Origin: an uncultured Gammaproteobacteria bacterium
GTDB taxonomy: Bacteria; Pseudomonadota; Gammaproteobacteria; SZUA-152
Length of the DNA stretch: 64,000 nt
Reading direction: 5' to 3'
NCBI GenBank assembly: GCA_913009875.1
Contig: CAJVYS010000003.1
Location: 13,528-77,527 of the forward strand
A program made the translations under genes and the position numbers. The notes under the pieces are model-generated. The model did no database searches, was not told the DNA's origin, and worked only from the letters and a program-made list of their open reading frames with translations. Numbering within the stretch: position 1 is the first letter of the stretch; each line of letters starts with the position of its first letter. This document shows positions 30,649-41,113 of this stretch, in pieces.

Positions 30649-31893
30649 GTGCGTGAACCCATTCTGATGCCGAGCCTTTCCGATACCATGGAAACAGGCC
30701 ATCTTATCGACTGGTTGAAACAACCGGGCGACGCGGTAAAAAAGGGCGAAGCCATTGCCGAAGTGGAAACGGACAAGGCGGTCATGGATGTAGAAGCCTT
30801 TTATGATGGCTATCTGGCTGGCCCCCTGGCGGCGGCGGACACGGATATTCCCGTGGGCGTGGTGATCGGTTACATCGTCGATAGCCTGGGTGCGGAAAAA
30901 GCCACGGAAAAACAGGAAAAACAAGAGAAGCAGAAAGTGGATAAAGCCCCCCTCGCCAAGGCGGCAGATGTAGGCATAAAAGCACCACCACCGGCTGTTC
31001 AAACATCGACGGAAGCACCGGCTCAGGCGGCCAAGGCTCCAGCATCAGCCAAGCCAATGGCAACCGACATGACATCGAGCAAACACATTCCCGCCTCACC
31101 CTATGCACGTGGGCTGGCGCGAGAACTGGGCATCGATCTGGCACGGCTGACAGCAGGACCAGACGGCAGCATCCGTTCCGTTCAGGTAGTATCGGCCGCA
31201 CTGGGCAGGGTTGAACCGAATCTCAGCGATGGCCCGGACTATGAGCTTCATCCCCTCACTCCAATGCAGAAGGCCATAGCCAATAACATGATGGCGGCCG
31301 CGACGACCCCCACATTTCGTGTTAGTGCCCGGTTTCCGCTTGCACCGCTGATTGCCTTGGCGCACGAAGAAGGTTACTCCCTCACCTTGCTGCTGGCTCG
31401 CGCCTGTGCATTGACTGTAGAGGCGCATCCGCGTTTCAACGCAGTGCTCACCCCGCAGGGGTTGGCGCAGCGGCAACAGGTCGATGTCGGTATTGCGGTG
31501 GATGTGCCCAATGGTCTGGTTACGCCGGTATTGCGTGATGTCGCACGCCGTCCAGTCGAGGAACTGGCCGGGAACTGGAACACGCTGAAGGAGCGGGCGA
31601 CAGGCAAGCAACACAGCCAACGTCTGACACCACAAGACTACCGCGGGGCAACTTTTTATCTCTCCAATCTTGGCATGTTCAGTAGCGTTGTCCATTTTGA
31701 TGCCGTTGTTCCCGCTGGTGCCGTGGCGATACTCGCGGTTGCTGCAATACAGGATGGCCTTGTCGAATTCACACTCAGCTGTGATCACCGGGTGGTCTAT
31801 GGCGCCGATGCGGCACGCTTTATGGAAACACTGGCCCTGTTGCTGGGTGATCCCACTGGTCTTGATGCTGCACCGACCAGCGGCGCTGCGTGA
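30649..31893 (+). CDS. dihydrolipoamide acyltransferase E2 component (lipoyl domain, E3-binding domain, catalytic domain)
   Basis: Lipoyl motif EVETDKAVMDVEA. Peripheral subunit-binding domain (ASPYARGLARELGIDL). Catalytic DHRVVYGA. GTG start. Confidence 0.85.
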   Translation: MREPILMPSLSDTMETGHLIDWLKQPGDAVKKGEAIAEVETDKAVMDVEAFYDGYLAGPLAAADTDIPVGVVIGYIVDSLGAEKATEKQEKQEKQKVDKAPLAKAADVGIKAPPPAVQTSTEAPAQAAKAPASAKPMATDMTSSKHIPASPYARGLARELGIDLARLTAGPDGSIRSVQVVSAALGRVEPNLSDGPDYELHPLTPMQKAIANNMMAAATTPTFRVSARFPLAPLIALAHEEGYSLTLLLARACALTVEAHPRFNAVLTPQGLAQRQQVDVGIAVDVPNGLVTPVLRDVARRPVEELAGNWNTLKERATGKQHSQRLTPQDYRGATFYLSNLGMFSSVVHFDAVVPAGAVAILAVAAIQDGLVEFTLSCDHRVVYGADAARFMETLALLLGDPTGLDAAPTSGAA

Positions 31894-31903
31894 GACGGGC
31901 AAT

Positions 31904-32611
31904 ATGTCACCGAGCAAGACACACATGAAAACCTGCCAGGTCTGTCGGCATAGCAAGCCGATGAACCAATTGTTGCCGGCACGACTGGTGCGAGGTGGTG
32001 TGTTGAGCTTGATCCGTGGGGATATCCCGGACTGGCAGGATGACGGCTACATCTGTTTCACCTGCCTCAACCGTTACCGCACCGAATATGTGCAGAATTT
32101 GATGGAAAAGGATCTGGGTGAACTGGATGAACTTGAACAAGAAGTGATGAATAGCCTGCAGGATAATGCTCTGCTTTCCGAGAATATCAATGAGGAATAT
32201 GAACAATCCCTGACCTTTGGCGATCACATCTCCGACAAGGTGGCTGAGTTTGGCGGCAGCTGGAAATTCATCATTTTGTTCGGTGTCGTTCTCGCTATCT
32301 GGATCATCATCAATACGGTGTTTGTGCTTGCCGGACCCTTTGATCCCTATCCCTTTATTCTGCTCAATCTCGTACTTTCACTGCTGGCGGCGATACAGGC
32401 GCCGGTCATCATGATGAGTCAGAATCGTCAGGAAGACCGTGACCGCATTCGTGCAGAAAATGATTACCAAGTGAATCTAAAGGCCGAAATGGAAGTCCGA
32501 CTGATCAGTGAAAAGCTCGACCAGTTGTTACATCAGGAAATGCGGCGTTTCATGGAGGTTCAGGAGATTCAGATGGAAATGCTGAATGAACTACATGACA
32601 AGATACGATGA
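31904..32611 (+). CDS. DUF1003 membrane protein with N-terminal Cys4 zinc-ribbon
   Basis: CQVC...CFTC N-terminus. DUF1003 core FGGSWKFIILFGVVLAIWIIINT...FDPYPFILLNLVLSLLAAIQAPVIMMSQNRQ. Confidence 0.7.
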   Translation: MSPSKTHMKTCQVCRHSKPMNQLLPARLVRGGVLSLIRGDIPDWQDDGYICFTCLNRYRTEYVQNLMEKDLGELDELEQEVMNSLQDNALLSENINEEYEQSLTFGDHISDKVAEFGGSWKFIILFGVVLAIWIIINTVFVLAGPFDPYPFILLNLVLSLLAAIQAPVIMMSQNRQEDRDRIRAENDYQVNLKAEMEVRLISEKLDQLLHQEMRRFMEVQEIQMEMLNELHDKIR

Positions 32612-32695
32612 GACATTTTTTGCCCCCCTTTCCCTTTGCAGGGAGAGAGGACGGCCGGCCGCACAGCTGATCAATAACGTAGTAAGGAGAAAACA

Positions 32696-32992
32696 ATGAC
32701 CAACGAAGAACAATTAGTTGAATCTCATGTCAGAGAGTATGAGTCACGTCTGAGACATATTGATGAACTCATCGCGCGCGCAAGCAAAACGGATTTTCAG
32801 AAGGTAGAGTATCAGTCTGAACTATCGGACCTGAAACAGAAACGCAACAAGCTGTCGGGTCACCTCGATGAGATTAAGGCACTGTCCGCTGAGGAATGGG
32901 CAAAGAAGGGTGGCCCAATGGTTATTTGGGATATTGTCGCCGAGCGGCTGGAAAAACTGGTCGAGTATCTTGAGGGCACATCTAAAGATTGA
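32696..32992 (+). CDS. hypothetical coiled-coil protein
   Basis: 98-aa ORF with good RBS (aaggagaaaacaATG). Start of a lower-GC block. Confidence 0.4.
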   Translation: MTNEEQLVESHVREYESRLRHIDELIARASKTDFQKVEYQSELSDLKQKRNKLSGHLDEIKALSAEEWAKKGGPMVIWDIVAERLEKLVEYLEGTSKD

Positions 32993-33050
32993 TTGTGACC
33001 TCTGCGTAATGATTTGCTATGCCCTTGAGTAATCACAGGAGACAGACAAC

Positions 33051-35489
33051 ATGTGTGATGAAGCTGGTCAATATATTCGCTGGTTTTCTGAAATGAGTAT
33101 TGATGATGTACCACTGGTTGGCGGCAAGAATGCCTCGTTGGGGGAGATGTATCAAAACCTGCGCTCTGAAGGTGTGCGAATTCCCAATGGGTTTGCCATT
33201 ACCGCAACAGCATATCGTTATGTACTTGATCACAACAATGCCTGGCCGTTATTGCATAAGGCACTTGATGGCCTGAACCCGGACAATATCAAGGACTTGC
33301 AGGCTCGTGGTGATGCTGCCAGGACGATCATCGATGGCTGTGTATTGCCAGATGATCTGAAAGTGAAAATCTCTCAAGGCTATGAGCGATTAAAGCAGGA
33401 ATATGGTGAGAGTTTTTCTGTGGCGGTACGCTCATCGGCCACGGCGGAGGACTCGCCAGAGGCCTCTTTTGCCGGACAAAATGATACCTATCTCAATGTC
33501 AGTAGTGTGGATGCGCTGCTCAATGCCTATAAACGTTGCCTGGCATCCAATTTTACTGACCGTTCCATTCACTATAAATACGACAATGGTTTTGACTATT
33601 ACACAGTCTACCTCTCTGTTGTTGTGATGAAAATGGTGCGCAGTGATTTGGGGGCCAGTGGCGTCATGTTTTCGCTGGACACAGAAACCGGATTCAAAGA
33701 TGTTGTTTTTAACAATGCAGCACTGGGACTGGGTGAAAATGTAGTACAGGGAACGATTGATCCCGATAGTTTCTATGTGCACAAGCCCACATTCAAAAAG
33801 AACTATCGGGCCGTTCTGAAGCGTCGCCTGGGAAAAAAAGAAAAAAAGATGATTTTTACCGACACCCTTAATACCGGCAACATTGCTGTGGAATATACCC
33901 GAAATATTGATACCAGTAACGAGGAAAGAAATCACTTCTGTATCACCGATGCGGATGTCATGGTCCTGACGGACTATGCCATCCGTGTGGAAAACCATTA
34001 TTCACAGAAGGCCGGCTTTTATAAGCCCATGGATATGGAGTGGGCAAAGGATGGCAATGATGGAGAACTGTACATGGTGCAGGCGAGACCGGAGACGGTG
34101 GCATCACAAAAGAAAGGCAGTGTGCTTGAAATATATCACCTGAATGAAAGATCCCGCGTCGTACTCCAGGGTCGAGCTGTCGGCACCAAAATCGGCAGCG
34201 GAAAAGTACGTGCCATCACTGATGTGAAGTATCTCAACGACTTTCAGCCGGGAGAAGTTCTGGTGGCGGATACCACGACACCGGACTGGGAGCCGGTGAT
34301 GAAAACGGCAGCCGCGATCATTACCAATCGTGGTGGCCGTACCTGCCACGCCGCTATCGTTTCACGTGAACTGGGGATTCCCGCCATTGTTGGATCCGGG
34401 CGTGCGACTGAGTTATTGAGAAACGGGCAGGAAGTCACCGTCAGTTGTGCCGAAGGCGAAACCGGTAATGTCTATGAGGGTATTCTGGATTTTGAAATTC
34501 AACAGACGGATCTCAGTCAACTGGGGAAACCCAACACCGAGATAATGATGAATGTGGGCAATCCGGATCAGGCGTTCAGCCTCGCCTCATTGCCTGTGGA
34601 TGGTATTGGCCTGGCGCGGATGGAATTTATTATCAATGAATACATCAAGGTGCACCCGATGGCACTTAAGCACCCGGAAAAGGTGGATGCTGAAACCCGT
34701 GAGAAAATCGCGGACATCAGTATTGCCTATGATGATCCTGAAGAATTTTTCATTAAAACTCTTGCCGAGGGTGTCGCCACGATTGCCGCTGCGGTTTATC
34801 CCAAGCCCTGTGTGGTTCGCATGAGCGACTTTAAGAGTAATGAATATGCCACCTTGCTGGGCGGACGTTTTTTTGAACCGGAAGAAGATAATCCGATGAT
34901 CGGTTTTCGTGGTGCATCCCGTTATGTACATCCTGCCTATGCCGAGGGATTTGCTCTGGAGTGCGTAGCTATGAAACAAGTGCGCGATGTCATGGGTATG
35001 ACTAACGTCAAATTGATGATTCCATTCTGCCGACGGGTAGAAGAGGGGAAAAGGGTGTTGGAGGCCATGGCCTCTAACGGTCTCGCACGTGGTGACAGCG
35101 GCCTTGAGATCTATGTTATGTGCGAGATTCCTAACAACGTTATCCTCATTGATGAATTCGCCAAGCTGTTCGACGGTTTTTCCATCGGCTCCAATGACCT
35201 CACCCAGCTGACTCTTGGCGTGGACCGCGATTCGGAAATTGTAGCCTTTGATTTCGATGAGCGTGATCCCGGGGTAAAAGAGATGATCCGTCTAGCGGTG
35301 ACAGGCGCAAAGCGCAATGGCCGTCATTCCGGCCTGTGTGGGCAGGCGCCGTCTGATTATCCCGAGATAGCTGCATACCTGGTGGAAATTGGTATCGATT
35401 CCATGAGTCTCAACCCGGATTCGGTGCTTTCCACTACCCGGCATGTGCTGGCGGTGGAACAGCGTCTGCGGAAGGGTTCTGAGGGATAG
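33051..35489 (+). CDS. ppsA: phosphoenolpyruvate synthase (pyruvate, water dikinase)
   Basis: Full-length match to the PpsA pattern: VGGKNASLGEM, catalytic His region NRGGRTCHAAIVSRELGIPA, C-terminal PEP-utilising domain. 812 aa. Confidence 0.9.
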   Translation: MCDEAGQYIRWFSEMSIDDVPLVGGKNASLGEMYQNLRSEGVRIPNGFAITATAYRYVLDHNNAWPLLHKALDGLNPDNIKDLQARGDAARTIIDGCVLPDDLKVKISQGYERLKQEYGESFSVAVRSSATAEDSPEASFAGQNDTYLNVSSVDALLNAYKRCLASNFTDRSIHYKYDNGFDYYTVYLSVVVMKMVRSDLGASGVMFSLDTETGFKDVVFNNAALGLGENVVQGTIDPDSFYVHKPTFKKNYRAVLKRRLGKKEKKMIFTDTLNTGNIAVEYTRNIDTSNEERNHFCITDADVMVLTDYAIRVENHYSQKAGFYKPMDMEWAKDGNDGELYMVQARPETVASQKKGSVLEIYHLNERSRVVLQGRAVGTKIGSGKVRAITDVKYLNDFQPGEVLVADTTTPDWEPVMKTAAAIITNRGGRTCHAAIVSRELGIPAIVGSGRATELLRNGQEVTVSCAEGETGNVYEGILDFEIQQTDLSQLGKPNTEIMMNVGNPDQAFSLASLPVDGIGLARMEFIINEYIKVHPMALKHPEKVDAETREKIADISIAYDDPEEFFIKTLAEGVATIAAAVYPKPCVVRMSDFKSNEYATLLGGRFFEPEEDNPMIGFRGASRYVHPAYAEGFALECVAMKQVRDVMGMTNVKLMIPFCRRVEEGKRVLEAMASNGLARGDSGLEIYVMCEIPNNVILIDEFAKLFDGFSIGSNDLTQLTLGVDRDSEIVAFDFDERDPGVKEMIRLAVTGAKRNGRHSGLCGQAPSDYPEIAAYLVEIGIDSMSLNPDSVLSTTRHVLAVEQRLRKGSEG

Positions 35490-35759
35490 CGATGATGAAC
35501 GAGGCGGTTCTGGCGCATCGGCTTACCGGCATCAGGCTTGATCAAGAACTACCCCACTGAATAGTCCATTGGCAGACTTTGCCGATGCCATAAATAAATT
35601 ACCTGGCTGTAACTAGGGTTACATCCTCCCGTTCTCACCAAGACTATCATGCATGCAAGTGAGAGATATCAAACTGATAGTGTATTTTCAAAGGAAGTGT
35701 CTCTCAAACACATAATCCAACGAAAAATTAGCTTTCAGACGAAATCAGAGGAAATACGC

Positions 35760-37310
35760 ATGATGATTAAATACAAACAAAGGATTGGTGCGGCAGCGAT
35801 AGTGATTCTGTTGGCTTGCCTGGCAGCCGCTCCATCATTCGCCACCGAAGCATTGGCAGATGTTGATATCAGCTACTGGGTGCGTGATTCCCTTCGCATT
35901 GACCCTCGCGTGGACGCATCGAAGATCAGTGTGGCCAGTGAGCAGGGCATTGTCACTCTGTCCGGCACTGTGGATAACTTGGCGGCGAAGCAATATGCCG
36001 ATCTTGAGGCGAAAAAAATCAATGGTGTTAAGGGCGTTATCAACGAGATTACGGTAATACCCGTGTGGCGCTCGGATGCCGATATCAAGCACACCGTGAA
36101 GCGTCGCCTTCTGCATAGTACTGCCATCAGTTCGGAGAATATCCGGGTCACTGTCAATGACGGCCGGGTCACCCTGTTGGGCGAAGCACCTGACTGGGGG
36201 GAAGTGCAACAGGCCGGCTTGCTGGCCAGTGAGGTTGTTGGCGTAAAAATGGTCACCAATGATGTTGTCGCTGTCTGGCAGTATGAGCGCAGTGACCAGG
36301 CCATCAAGAAAGACGCCATCGCTGCGCTGCAACGCGATGTATATCTGAATGGTCTGCCTATCGTGGTCGATGTTAATAACGGTATTGTCACCCTGAAGGG
36401 TTCGGTTGGTAGTGTCTTTGAAAGTGATCGTGCGATGCAGAAGGTGCGCTGGATTTCGAACGTCAAGGGTGTCGTGAGCAACTTCAAGATTGAGGCTTGG
36501 GAGAATCGTGGTGCGCGCAAGGAAAAGGTCTGGCCATCGGATGATGCGCTGAAGCAAGCCGTTATGGCCGAACTGGATCAGGATCCCTACGTCGTGACCG
36601 CCGGCATCAGTGTTCGTGCCAGCCTCGGCTCGATTACGCTAGATGGCACGGTCAGTAGTTACTACCAGGCGCTTATCGCCGGACAGGATGCCAATAACGT
36701 GGTTGGCGTGGGCTGGGTTGTTAATAACCTATTGGTTGGCGGTACCAGCCGTTCTGACTGGCTGATCGAGGATGATGTTGCTTTTAATCTCGACACGGAT
36801 TATGTGCTGCAAGGCTTTCAGCTTAAGAGCAAGGTCAAGAATGGCGTGGTTAGTCTTACCGGCGAGGTGAACAACAGTTTCGAAAAATACCATGCTGGAA
36901 ATGTGGCGGCCGATGTTCTTGGTGTCAAACAGGTCATCAATCGGATCGCTGTCCTGCGGACGAGTATGAAGAGTGATCAGGCACTCACTGGTGATGTCAT
37001 TAACAATCTCCGTTGGAACTGGACTACCCGGCCCGTACTCAAAGATATCAAGGTCAGCGTAATCAACGGTGTCGTTACTCTGAAGGGGGCGGTCGATAGC
37101 GGGTCCGAGCGCCGTGAGGCGGGTCGTGTTGCGTTTCGTACCGCAGGTATTTTGGCGGTGGACAACCAACTAACGGTGACCAGTTACGATGCCAATTATC
37201 CATGGGATCAATGGTTCGACAAGAGTATACCCGGGCAATGGGATCCGACCTACTATCCTGGCCATATGTGGAAATACTACGAGCATCCGTACTTGTGGGA
37301 TAACAGCTGA
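35760..37310 (+). CDS. periplasmic multi-BON-domain protein (OsmY-like, ~6 BON repeats)
   Basis: Signal peptide. Repeated ...V.V.NG.VTL.G.V....A.. units. RBS gaggaaatacgcATG. Confidence 0.7.
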   Translation: MMIKYKQRIGAAAIVILLACLAAAPSFATEALADVDISYWVRDSLRIDPRVDASKISVASEQGIVTLSGTVDNLAAKQYADLEAKKINGVKGVINEITVIPVWRSDADIKHTVKRRLLHSTAISSENIRVTVNDGRVTLLGEAPDWGEVQQAGLLASEVVGVKMVTNDVVAVWQYERSDQAIKKDAIAALQRDVYLNGLPIVVDVNNGIVTLKGSVGSVFESDRAMQKVRWISNVKGVVSNFKIEAWENRGARKEKVWPSDDALKQAVMAELDQDPYVVTAGISVRASLGSITLDGTVSSYYQALIAGQDANNVVGVGWVVNNLLVGGTSRSDWLIEDDVAFNLDTDYVLQGFQLKSKVKNGVVSLTGEVNNSFEKYHAGNVAADVLGVKQVINRIAVLRTSMKSDQALTGDVINNLRWNWTTRPVLKDIKVSVINGVVTLKGAVDSGSERREAGRVAFRTAGILAVDNQLTVTSYDANYPWDQWFDKSIPGQWDPTYYPGHMWKYYEHPYLWDNS

Positions 37311-37403
37311 TATTTGTTTGCGCGGGACCGAGTCAATGAACCCGGTCCCGCGGGATGATTGGCAGTGGAAGAAATGCAACCAGTCTTCGATAGAGGAGTT
37401 ATC

Positions 37404-37838
37404 ATGAAAAAACTACTTATCGTTATTCTTGGTATGACGCTCCTGACACTTGGTGCATGTGCCAACCGTACAGTGAATGAAGTCAGCCCTGGTTCAACGA
37501 CTTACCTCATGCACTATGAGGACGGCAGGATTGCAGAGATCAGGCCTGTTGTCATCAAGGACAGTGGAACGGGCGGCTTTCTGGGTACCATCACCGGCGC
37601 CGTACTTGGATCGACCATGGGCCGGGGGCGCGGCAATGCGCTGGCGACGCTGGCTGGAGGTCTGCTGGGAGCCTATGCTGGCAGTGAAGTTGGCAAGGCG
37701 AATGCGCAGGAACTTGTGGTTGATCTGAATAACGGTGACTCGGTTGTTGTTATAGCCAAAGGCCAGCAATTCGCCGTTGGTCAGCACGTTAGAATCGTTA
37801 CGGAAAATGGCAACGTCATTTCGGTAGAGCATAATTGA
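37404..37838 (+). CDS. outer-membrane lipoprotein with glycine-zipper domain (SlyB/Pcp-like)
   Basis: Lipobox LTLGAC. Gly-zipper GTITGAVLGSTMGRGRGNALATLAGGLLGAYAGSEVG. Confidence 0.75.
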   Translation: MKKLLIVILGMTLLTLGACANRTVNEVSPGSTTYLMHYEDGRIAEIRPVVIKDSGTGGFLGTITGAVLGSTMGRGRGNALATLAGGLLGAYAGSEVGKANAQELVVDLNNGDSVVVIAKGQQFAVGQHVRIVTENGNVISVEHN

Positions 37839-37942
37839 TCTGCTTTTGAATCCAGAAGCCGAAGAAATACACATCCCCGCAGCAGTACTAAAAACCGGTG
37901 TTTTGAGGTGAACTGTGGGTAATTTATTTATCAGAGATTACT

Positions 37943-38491
37943 ATGAATATTCTGCCCATTGAAAATGATGTATTCAAAAAATTTGGACCCTATACCCTGG
38001 TAACGGGTATTCTTCTGATTATTTTAGGGTTTATTGGCATTGCATTTCCTGTCCTGATGTCCCTGGCAACCAGTATTTTTATTACCTGGCTGTTGCTTAT
38101 TGGTGGCATTTTCTGGGCTATTCATACTTACACTTATAGTCGCAAAAGTGTCATGGAGTGGATCAAACCTACACTTCTACTCGTTACTGGCGGCCTATTG
38201 CTTTTCTATCCCACTTTCGGTGTGGAGACAGTCGGTCTGTTGCTGGCATTTTATCTGTTGCTGGACGCCTTTGGCAGCTTCACCCTTGCCCGTTCTATTC
38301 ATCCCGCCAAGGGTTGGGGGTGGATGACCTTCAACGGTGTTATTTCCGCTTTGTTGGCCACGCTGTTTCTTATTGGCTGGCCAGGCACATCTCTGTGGCT
38401 TGTGGGATTGTATGTCGGCATCAGTCTGCTATTTGATGGTTGGGCATTGGTTGTTATTGGCTGGACGCTTCGCAAAGGTGAACAAGCATGA
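37943..38491 (+). CDS. HdeD-family (DUF308) acid-resistance membrane protein
   Basis: Six-TM DUF308 pattern with repeated GI/GW segments. Size 182 aa. Confidence 0.65.
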   Translation: MNILPIENDVFKKFGPYTLVTGILLIILGFIGIAFPVLMSLATSIFITWLLLIGGIFWAIHTYTYSRKSVMEWIKPTLLLVTGGLLLFYPTFGVETVGLLLAFYLLLDAFGSFTLARSIHPAKGWGWMTFNGVISALLATLFLIGWPGTSLWLVGLYVGISLLFDGWALVVIGWTLRKGEQA

Positions 38492-39792
38492 ATAACTCTT
38501 TTGAAATTCAATCACTCATTGGCCGCGAGATTCTAGACTCTCGCGGTAACCCCACCGTAGAAGTGGAATGCGAACTGCGGGATGGTGCCAGTGCCCGTGC
38601 CGCAGTGCCCTCGGGTGCTTCTACCGGCAGCCGTGAGGCCGTGGAATTGCGCGACGGCGATGCCAGACGTTTTCGTGGCAAGGGTGTCTTGCAGGCGGTG
38701 GCCAACGTCAACGAAATTATCGCGCCGGGACTCCAGGGCTTGGATGCACGCCAGCAGGCTATAATCGATCACGCCATGATCGAACTGGATGGCACGCCGA
38801 ACAAGGCGCGTCTGGGTGCCAATGCCATCCTCGGTGTTTCCTTGGCCGTGGCGCGCGCCGCCGCGGCTGCCAGCAGATTGCCGTTATACCAGTACCTCGG
38901 TGGCCCGGGCGCAACGCGTCTGCCGGTGCCTCACATGAATATTCTCAACGGTGGCGTTCACGCCCACTGGCAGGGGGCGGACTTTCAGGAATTCATGATT
39001 GCGCCCTATGGCGCAGACAGTTTTCGTCAGGCGCTCGAATGGGGCAGTGAGGTTTACCACGCCTTGCAGGCATTGCTGGAAAAGAAGGGGCTCTCTGTCG
39101 GCGTCGGCGATGAGGGTGGTTTTGCGCCGCAGGTCTCATCCAACCAGGAACCCTTTGATCTGATCATGCGGGCGATTGACGACGCGGGCCTGATTCCGGG
39201 GCGGGATGTGGGCATCGCCTGTGACCCGGCCTCCAGTGAGTTTTATGAAAAGGGTAAATACCATTTGCGCAGCGAGAAGCGTAGCTTGGATTCTGCCGCC
39301 ATGACGGCCTATTATGCAAAGCTGATCGACCACTATCCGCTGGTGTTGCTGGAAGACGGTATGGCCGAGGACGATTGGCCGGGCTGGAAGATTCATTTTG
39401 CAGAGCTGGGTGGGCGCATCGAGCTGGTGGGCGACGATGTGTTCTGCACCAATCCAGCGATCATCGCCCGCGGTATTGAGGAGAATATCGCCAATGCCGT
39501 GCTCATCAAGCTCAACCAGATCGGCACCCTGACGGAGACCATTACCGCTACTCGCCTGGCCCGCAACCATGGCTGGGGCGCATTTGTCTCGCACCGCTCG
39601 GGGGAAACCGTGGACAGCTTTATCGCCGACATGACCGTGGCCCTGGATACGGGCCATCTCAAGACCGGGGCACCGGCACGCGGTGAACGGGTGGAGAAAT
39701 ACAACCAACTGCTGCGCATTGAGCAACAGTTGGGAACGGCGGCGAGCTATGCGGGCGTTGGCGCTTATGTACATCCACCCCGGAGGGCCTGA
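38488..39792 (+). CDS. eno: enolase (phosphopyruvate hydratase)
   Basis: [19 protein letters not shown]..., [26 protein letters not shown] and [14 protein letters not shown] motifs. Confidence 0.9.
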   Translation: MNNSFEIQSLIGREILDSRGNPTVEVECELRDGASARAAVPSGASTGSREAVELRDGDARRFRGKGVLQAVANVNEIIAPGLQGLDARQQAIIDHAMIELDGTPNKARLGANAILGVSLAVARAAAAASRLPLYQYLGGPGATRLPVPHMNILNGGVHAHWQGADFQEFMIAPYGADSFRQALEWGSEVYHALQALLEKKGLSVGVGDEGGFAPQVSSNQEPFDLIMRAIDDAGLIPGRDVGIACDPASSEFYEKGKYHLRSEKRSLDSAAMTAYYAKLIDHYPLVLLEDGMAEDDWPGWKIHFAELGGRIELVGDDVFCTNPAIIARGIEENIANAVLIKLNQIGTLTETITATRLARNHGWGAFVSHRSGETVDSFIADMTVALDTGHLKTGAPARGERVEKYNQLLRIEQQLGTAASYAGVGAYVHPPRRA

Positions 39793-39794
39793 AA

Positions 39795-40505
39795 TTGACG
39801 GCAAGGGAAAAAAGTGCTCGCCTGACCCTGCTGCGCCATGGTGAGTCTATCTGGAATCTGCAAAACCGCTTCACCGGCTGGGTGGATGTTTCACTCAGCC
39901 CGCAGGGTATGGCCGAAGCCCAGCAGGCGGGAGAACTGTTGGCCGATGAGCATTTTGATATTGCTTTTACCTCCACCCTGCTGCGGGCCCAGGACAGTCT
40001 TTATGAAGTCCTCAAGCAGAACCGCCTTTGCAATCACTATGTGCGCGTGCACGAGCAGAGCAGCGAGTGGTATGAGCACTTCACGCCTGGAGAGGGAGAC
40101 GCCAGTGAACTGAAGATCTATGTGTCGGAAAAGCTCAATGAACGCTATTACGGTGATCTGCAAGGCCTGAATAAGGACTGGGCTCGGCAACGTTTTGGCG
40201 AGCAGCAGGTGCATTTGTGGCGGCGCAGTTATGACATTGCGCCTCCGAATGGTGAAAGCTTGAAAATGACTGCGGCAAGAACCATTCCTTACTACCGTGA
40301 ACGTATCATGCCCTGCCTGCAACGGGGAGATGACGTGCTGGTAGTCGCCCATGGCAATTCACTGCGATCGATTATCATGCACCTCGAGCGCATGACGCAG
40401 CAGCAGATCATCGACTATGAACTACCCACCGGTGAGCCACACGTGTATCACTTTGATGAGCAGGCGCAAGTTGTTGGCAAGCATATCCTAAACAGCAACA
40501 CTTAA
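39795..40505 (+). CDS. gpmA: 2,3-bisphosphoglycerate-dependent phosphoglycerate mutase
   Basis: LLRHGESIWNLQNRFTGWVDV and the RAQDS His-phosphatase motifs. TTG start. Confidence 0.8.
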   Translation: MTAREKSARLTLLRHGESIWNLQNRFTGWVDVSLSPQGMAEAQQAGELLADEHFDIAFTSTLLRAQDSLYEVLKQNRLCNHYVRVHEQSSEWYEHFTPGEGDASELKIYVSEKLNERYYGDLQGLNKDWARQRFGEQQVHLWRRSYDIAPPNGESLKMTAARTIPYYRERIMPCLQRGDDVLVVAHGNSLRSIIMHLERMTQQQIIDYELPTGEPHVYHFDEQAQVVGKHILNSNT

Positions 40506-40527
40506 TGACAGGCTAGGAGAAACAGAC

Positions 40528-41064
40528 ATGAACAATAAGACTTCAAACTTTGTCGGTGGCGTTTTCAGCAATCCCGAAGATGCGCAGGCCGTGGTGGAGG
40601 AAATGATCAAGCAGGGTTTTCTCATGGATCAGGTATCCATCCTGCACAAGGCCGGGGGCAAGGGTGATGACTTCCTCGGTATTGTCTACACCGATGAAAA
40701 GGAACGCTTCCAGGTGTGGGGTGCGGGCGGCGCCCTGGCCGGCGCCCTCGGCGGCTTGCTGGCCGGCGCTGGCGGCCTGATGCTGATCCCCGGTATCGGC
40801 CCGGTGCTGGTGGCCGGGCCGATCATCAATGCCATCGTCGGCGCCGTGGCTGGTGCTGGCATCATGACCGCCGGAGCGGCCGCCACCCATCTCACCATCG
40901 CCCTGCGCCGCATGGGCATCCCGGAAGACAAGCTGGAGATGCTGCACCAAGCGGTGATGGACGGTAAGACGGTGGTACTGATGAATGTCAGCAAGGATGA
41001 TCCGGAAGCTTGGCGCTCACGCCTGGAATGGAAAGGGGCCGATCCCGTACTCATCCTGCCATGA
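40528..41064 (+). CDS. general stress protein 17M-like (YflT/DUF1269-type) membrane protein
   Basis: N-terminal VGGVFSNPEDAQAVVEEMIKQGF...DQVSIL region. Gly-rich TM segment. Confidence 0.55.
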   Translation: MNNKTSNFVGGVFSNPEDAQAVVEEMIKQGFLMDQVSILHKAGGKGDDFLGIVYTDEKERFQVWGAGGALAGALGGLLAGAGGLMLIPGIGPVLVAGPIINAIVGAVAGAGIMTAGAAATHLTIALRRMGIPEDKLEMLHQAVMDGKTVVLMNVSKDDPEAWRSRLEWKGADPVLILP

Positions 41065-41113
41065 ATGTTACAGTGGTGACGTGATCGTGATATTCGTCCG
41101 ATGAGGAGCGTCA

